From: an uncultured virus (IMG/VR IMGVR_UViG_3300028797_000122)
Taxonomy: Duplodnaviria; Heunggongvirae; Uroviricota; Caudoviricetes
Strand: one strand, 5' to 3'
Virus record (IMG/VR): IMGVR_UViG_3300028797_000122
Length of the DNA stretch: 57,371 bases
Shown here: positions 54,953 through 57,371 of the stretch, piece by piece
Layout of the letters: each line of letters begins with the position of its first letter
How positions within the stretch are numbered: position 1 is the first letter of the stretch
The notes under the pieces: model-generated
What the model was told of the DNA's origin: nothing
The model's database searches: none
The model's input: only the letters and a program-made list of their open reading frames with translations
Program-made: the position numbers and the translations under genes

Positions 54953-56734
54953 TTAGAATTCTATCTCGTCGTCTTCACTTGTGTACGGGTCCCTTTCATT
55001 CTCGTGCTCGGTGTAGTAATCTTCCTCGCTCGGGTCGCCTGGGTTGTCGGGGTCATATTCTTCTTCAGATGTGCGTACACGGCCTCCGTAGGTCGGTGCT
55101 TCGTCTGGATACAATGCGGAGTATATATCTTCCTCGGACGGGGTGTCATCTGCGGTTTCGGCTGTACTTGCTGGCAGCCATAGTATCTTGGTTACAACCT
55201 GGAATGGATGCCCTGGCCTATGATATTCTTCAAAACCTAATATATTACCGTTTTCGTCTGGCTTGATGCTATCGAAACTCATGTGATGAATTTTTACACT
55301 TAACGGATTAAACGGTGGAGTCGAATATCTGGTAAGTTTCGACACCTTGTACTCATTCGGCTCCCTAGCGGCAAAAGCCCTGGCTTTCTTGTACATAAGC
55401 ATGAAATCATCGTACGTTTGGTCACGTCGTATTCCCAATATGTTTTCAAGGGAATTAGAGCGCATCTCACCAATACATCCTACATTGGACCCTTCTTTTT
55501 GGAGGGGGACGGAAGTATCAAAGGCATCTCTCGGTACCCAGATGTACTTGGACGAGCTGTAGTTAAACCCGTCGTGACAACCAAAGCTGAATCCCCATGA
55601 GTTTCCATTTTTGTCTTCAGGGATGCTGTCATAATTTACGGATTGCACCTCGTTGGTATCAGTATCAATGAGGGGCATCTTATATTTTTTAATTGGACCT
55701 ACATCGCCATAAGCTTCCATATCGTCATGCATTTTCAGGAAATCGGCGTAGCTCACATTACTGCGTTTGCCTAAAGTTGAGCTTTTATAGTGTGATGTAT
55801 AAACGTCACCCCTTTCATCGACATCTGGTTCTTGCAGTTTTCCAAACGAACCTTCGAGGCAAACCTTTGTTATATTCCCGACCGCTTCAAACTGATTCTT
55901 GCTAAGGCCAAGCTTGGCTACGTTTTCCATGAAAATATTGAATCTCTTATCCATTGTGTTACCATTGGTACTTTCACCCAATAGTTTATAACCTGTCGGT
56001 TCCGATGGAGTAAGGAAGTTCTTGATGGTGACTCGGTCGCCCATGATTTCTTTAAGACGGTTCAAGTCTGGGTTCATACCCATCTTTGCAATCTGGTTCC
56101 TTGCCCACATGTTGTACAGGTCTTCATATACGACGAAGCTTAAACCTTTGTCGAACCGGGGCCACCTCTCAAAATTCCCGTAGAAGCTCGGGTCGATAAT
56201 ATGGCGTACGGTATTACTGCTTGGACGGTGGATTTCTCCCCACATGAGCTGCTCGATGTTGATGTCCTCGGGAGAAATACTCTCATGCGCCATGACTACA
56301 TCGGCATTGTTCCGCACATCAAAGTCGTCTATGCGGTATTTTCTCAGGTTTTCTGGGGAACAGTCGAGGGAAACTATCAACGGGCGAAAGGCATCGTATC
56401 CTCCGTTGCCGAATGGCTTGTTCATCGAAAACCATATACAATTAGATTCCCCGTTGTCGTTAATACGGAGTCCGTTAGTCAGTATGTCCCTGATGTCATC
56501 ATTGTCCAATCCCGTCATGTAGCCGCAAATGTGGTACATCTTCGGGTAGCTTGCTCCGTCTACCGACTCCTTGAAAATGTGCATCTGTTGCAGATGTTCC
56601 TTCGCTTTCTTCTCGGACTTGTGCGAAGACAGGATTTTGCCCGTTTCGTGGCTCTTTATGACCCACTCGGCGAGTTCACCCTTGGAGTTGCGATGCCCTT
56701 TAATATGGCAGACGTATTCGTATAGAGGTTGCAT
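54953..56734 (-). CDS. multidomain late protein with ADP-ribosyltransferase-like domain, internal leader, duplicated C-terminal module and acidic tail
   Basis: 593 aa ORF after TATAAACT; YH...I...GL...IWFS...ISPEDI pattern. Confidence 0.6.
   Translation of the reverse strand: MQPLYEYVCHIKGHRNSKGELAEWVIKSHETGKILSSHKSEKKAKEHLQQMHIFKESVDGASYPKMYHICGYMTGLDNDDIRDILTNGLRINDNGESNCIWFSMNKPFGNGGYDAFRPLIVSLDCSPENLRKYRIDDFDVRNNADVVMAHESISPEDINIEQLMWGEIHRPSSNTVRHIIDPSFYGNFERWPRFDKGLSFVVYEDLYNMWARNQIAKMGMNPDLNRLKEIMGDRVTIKNFLTPSEPTGYKLLGESTNGNTMDKRFNIFMENVAKLGLSKNQFEAVGNITKVCLEGSFGKLQEPDVDERGDVYTSHYKSSTLGKRSNVSYADFLKMHDDMEAYGDVGPIKKYKMPLIDTDTNEVQSVNYDSIPEDKNGNSWGFSFGCHDGFNYSSSKYIWVPRDAFDTSVPLQKEGSNVGCIGEMRSNSLENILGIRRDQTYDDFMLMYKKARAFAAREPNEYKVSKLTRYSTPPFNPLSVKIHHMSFDSIKPDENGNILGFEEYHRPGHPFQVVTKILWLPASTAETADDTPSEEDIYSALYPDEAPTYGGRVRTSEEEYDPDNPGDPSEEDYYTEHENERDPYTSEDDEIEF
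55983..55990 (-). promoter_or_regulatory. internal TATAAACT promoter
   Basis: 28 nt upstream of the in-frame ATG at 55954. Confidence 0.5.
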
Positions 56735-56761
56735 AGGGGAAACCAGATAGTTTTCCCCTAC

Positions 56762-56769
56762 AGTTTATA
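56762..56769 (-). promoter_or_regulatory. putative late promoter TATAAACT
   Basis: 27 nt upstream of the ATG at 56734. Confidence 0.6.
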
Positions 56770-56771
56770 TC

Positions 56772-56951
56772 TCAGGATAACGCCTTGCTGATGATATCCT
56801 GTGCGACTTCAATGCATGCATCGCCAAATCGCCATCCGTTGTTGATGCGGTCTTCAAACCTGTCGGCAATGTCCAATGCGTTGTTGCAGTTAGAGAGTTG
56901 CTTAATATGGTACGAGACCACGTTCTTGTATTCCTGATAATCCAAAGCCAT
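56772..56951 (-). CDS. hypothetical protein
   Basis: GGGG RBS, MALDYQE. Confidence 0.6.
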   Translation of the reverse strand: MALDYQEYKNVVSYHIKQLSNCNNALDIADRFEDRINNGWRFGDACIEVAQDIISKALS

Positions 56952-56962
56952 TGTAATTTCCC

Positions 56963-57262
56963 CTAAAACTGGCATGCCTTGCGTTCGACACGATATTGGC
57001 CGTCGTTTGCATACTGGTATTTCTCCCTCGTAAGTCGGGAGCCGTACTCACTGGTGATACTTTCGACAATGACATTCTCCGTGTTCATTTCGAATTTAAG
57101 GTCGAAATCGCAGTTGGTCTTGGCGATTAGGATACCCTCATGGTAGATTAACCCCTGGATGCCTTCTGCCTTGCATTCGCATCCTCCGAACATTCCAAGG
57201 ATGCTTACTAACAGGCAGAGTGCCCCCAGAAAATACATGACTCGTTTTGATTCCTTGCTCAT
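56963..57262 (-). CDS. hypothetical membrane-anchored protein
   Basis: AGGAG RBS, N-terminal hydrophobic helix. Confidence 0.65.
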   Translation of the reverse strand: MSKESKRVMYFLGALCLLVSILGMFGGCECKAEGIQGLIYHEGILIAKTNCDFDLKFEMNTENVIVESITSEYGSRLTREKYQYANDGQYRVERKACQF

Positions 57263-57371
57263 ACTTTATCTCCTTTTATTTCAGTTACGTCCAGTTCATA
57301 CCATTTGCTGTCTTTTTTATTTACTACCTTAATCTGCAATGTCTTGTCGCTATCGTCAGATATGTCATACT

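Noticed and set aside
1..57371. CRISPR array, IS/transposase, integrase, rRNA or stop-codon recoding
   Set aside because: I saw no regularly spaced repeats or recognisable mobile-element or rRNA sequence. TAA, TAG and TGA all end genes at sensible boundaries in the standard code.

Overview
A 57 kb segment of a large (jumbo-type, T4-superfamily-like) lytic dsDNA phage read in the standard genetic code. The host is probably an anaerobe (NrdD/NrdG); a Fibrobacter-like host is only a tentative guess. The window holds nucleotide-metabolism genes (nrdD, nrdG, thyA, folA), a RuvC-like resolvase, AAA/ABC ATPases, SprT, patatin, one tRNA-Arg(CCG) and long + strand arrays of small early hypothetical genes. 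Two promoter classes can be read directly: TTGACA-like-N17-TATATT (10 copies) and a putative late motif TATAAACT. Highlights: (1) a complete deamidating NAD+ rebuilding route (PncA, NadM-Nudix, PncB, NadE), which differs from the described phage NARP1/NARP2 pathways, followed by macro, SLOG and NADAR genes; (2) truncated, apparently inactive look-alikes of head-assembly proteins (terminase ATPase, prohead protease, possibly a capsid fragment) that may be immune decoys; (3) late proteins that share an N-terminal leader with xxE cleavage-like sites and carry ART-like and GNAT domains; (4) four DUF4422 glycosyltransferases and an AT-rich glycan-modification island. All family calls come from motifs recognised by eye; no database searches were run.
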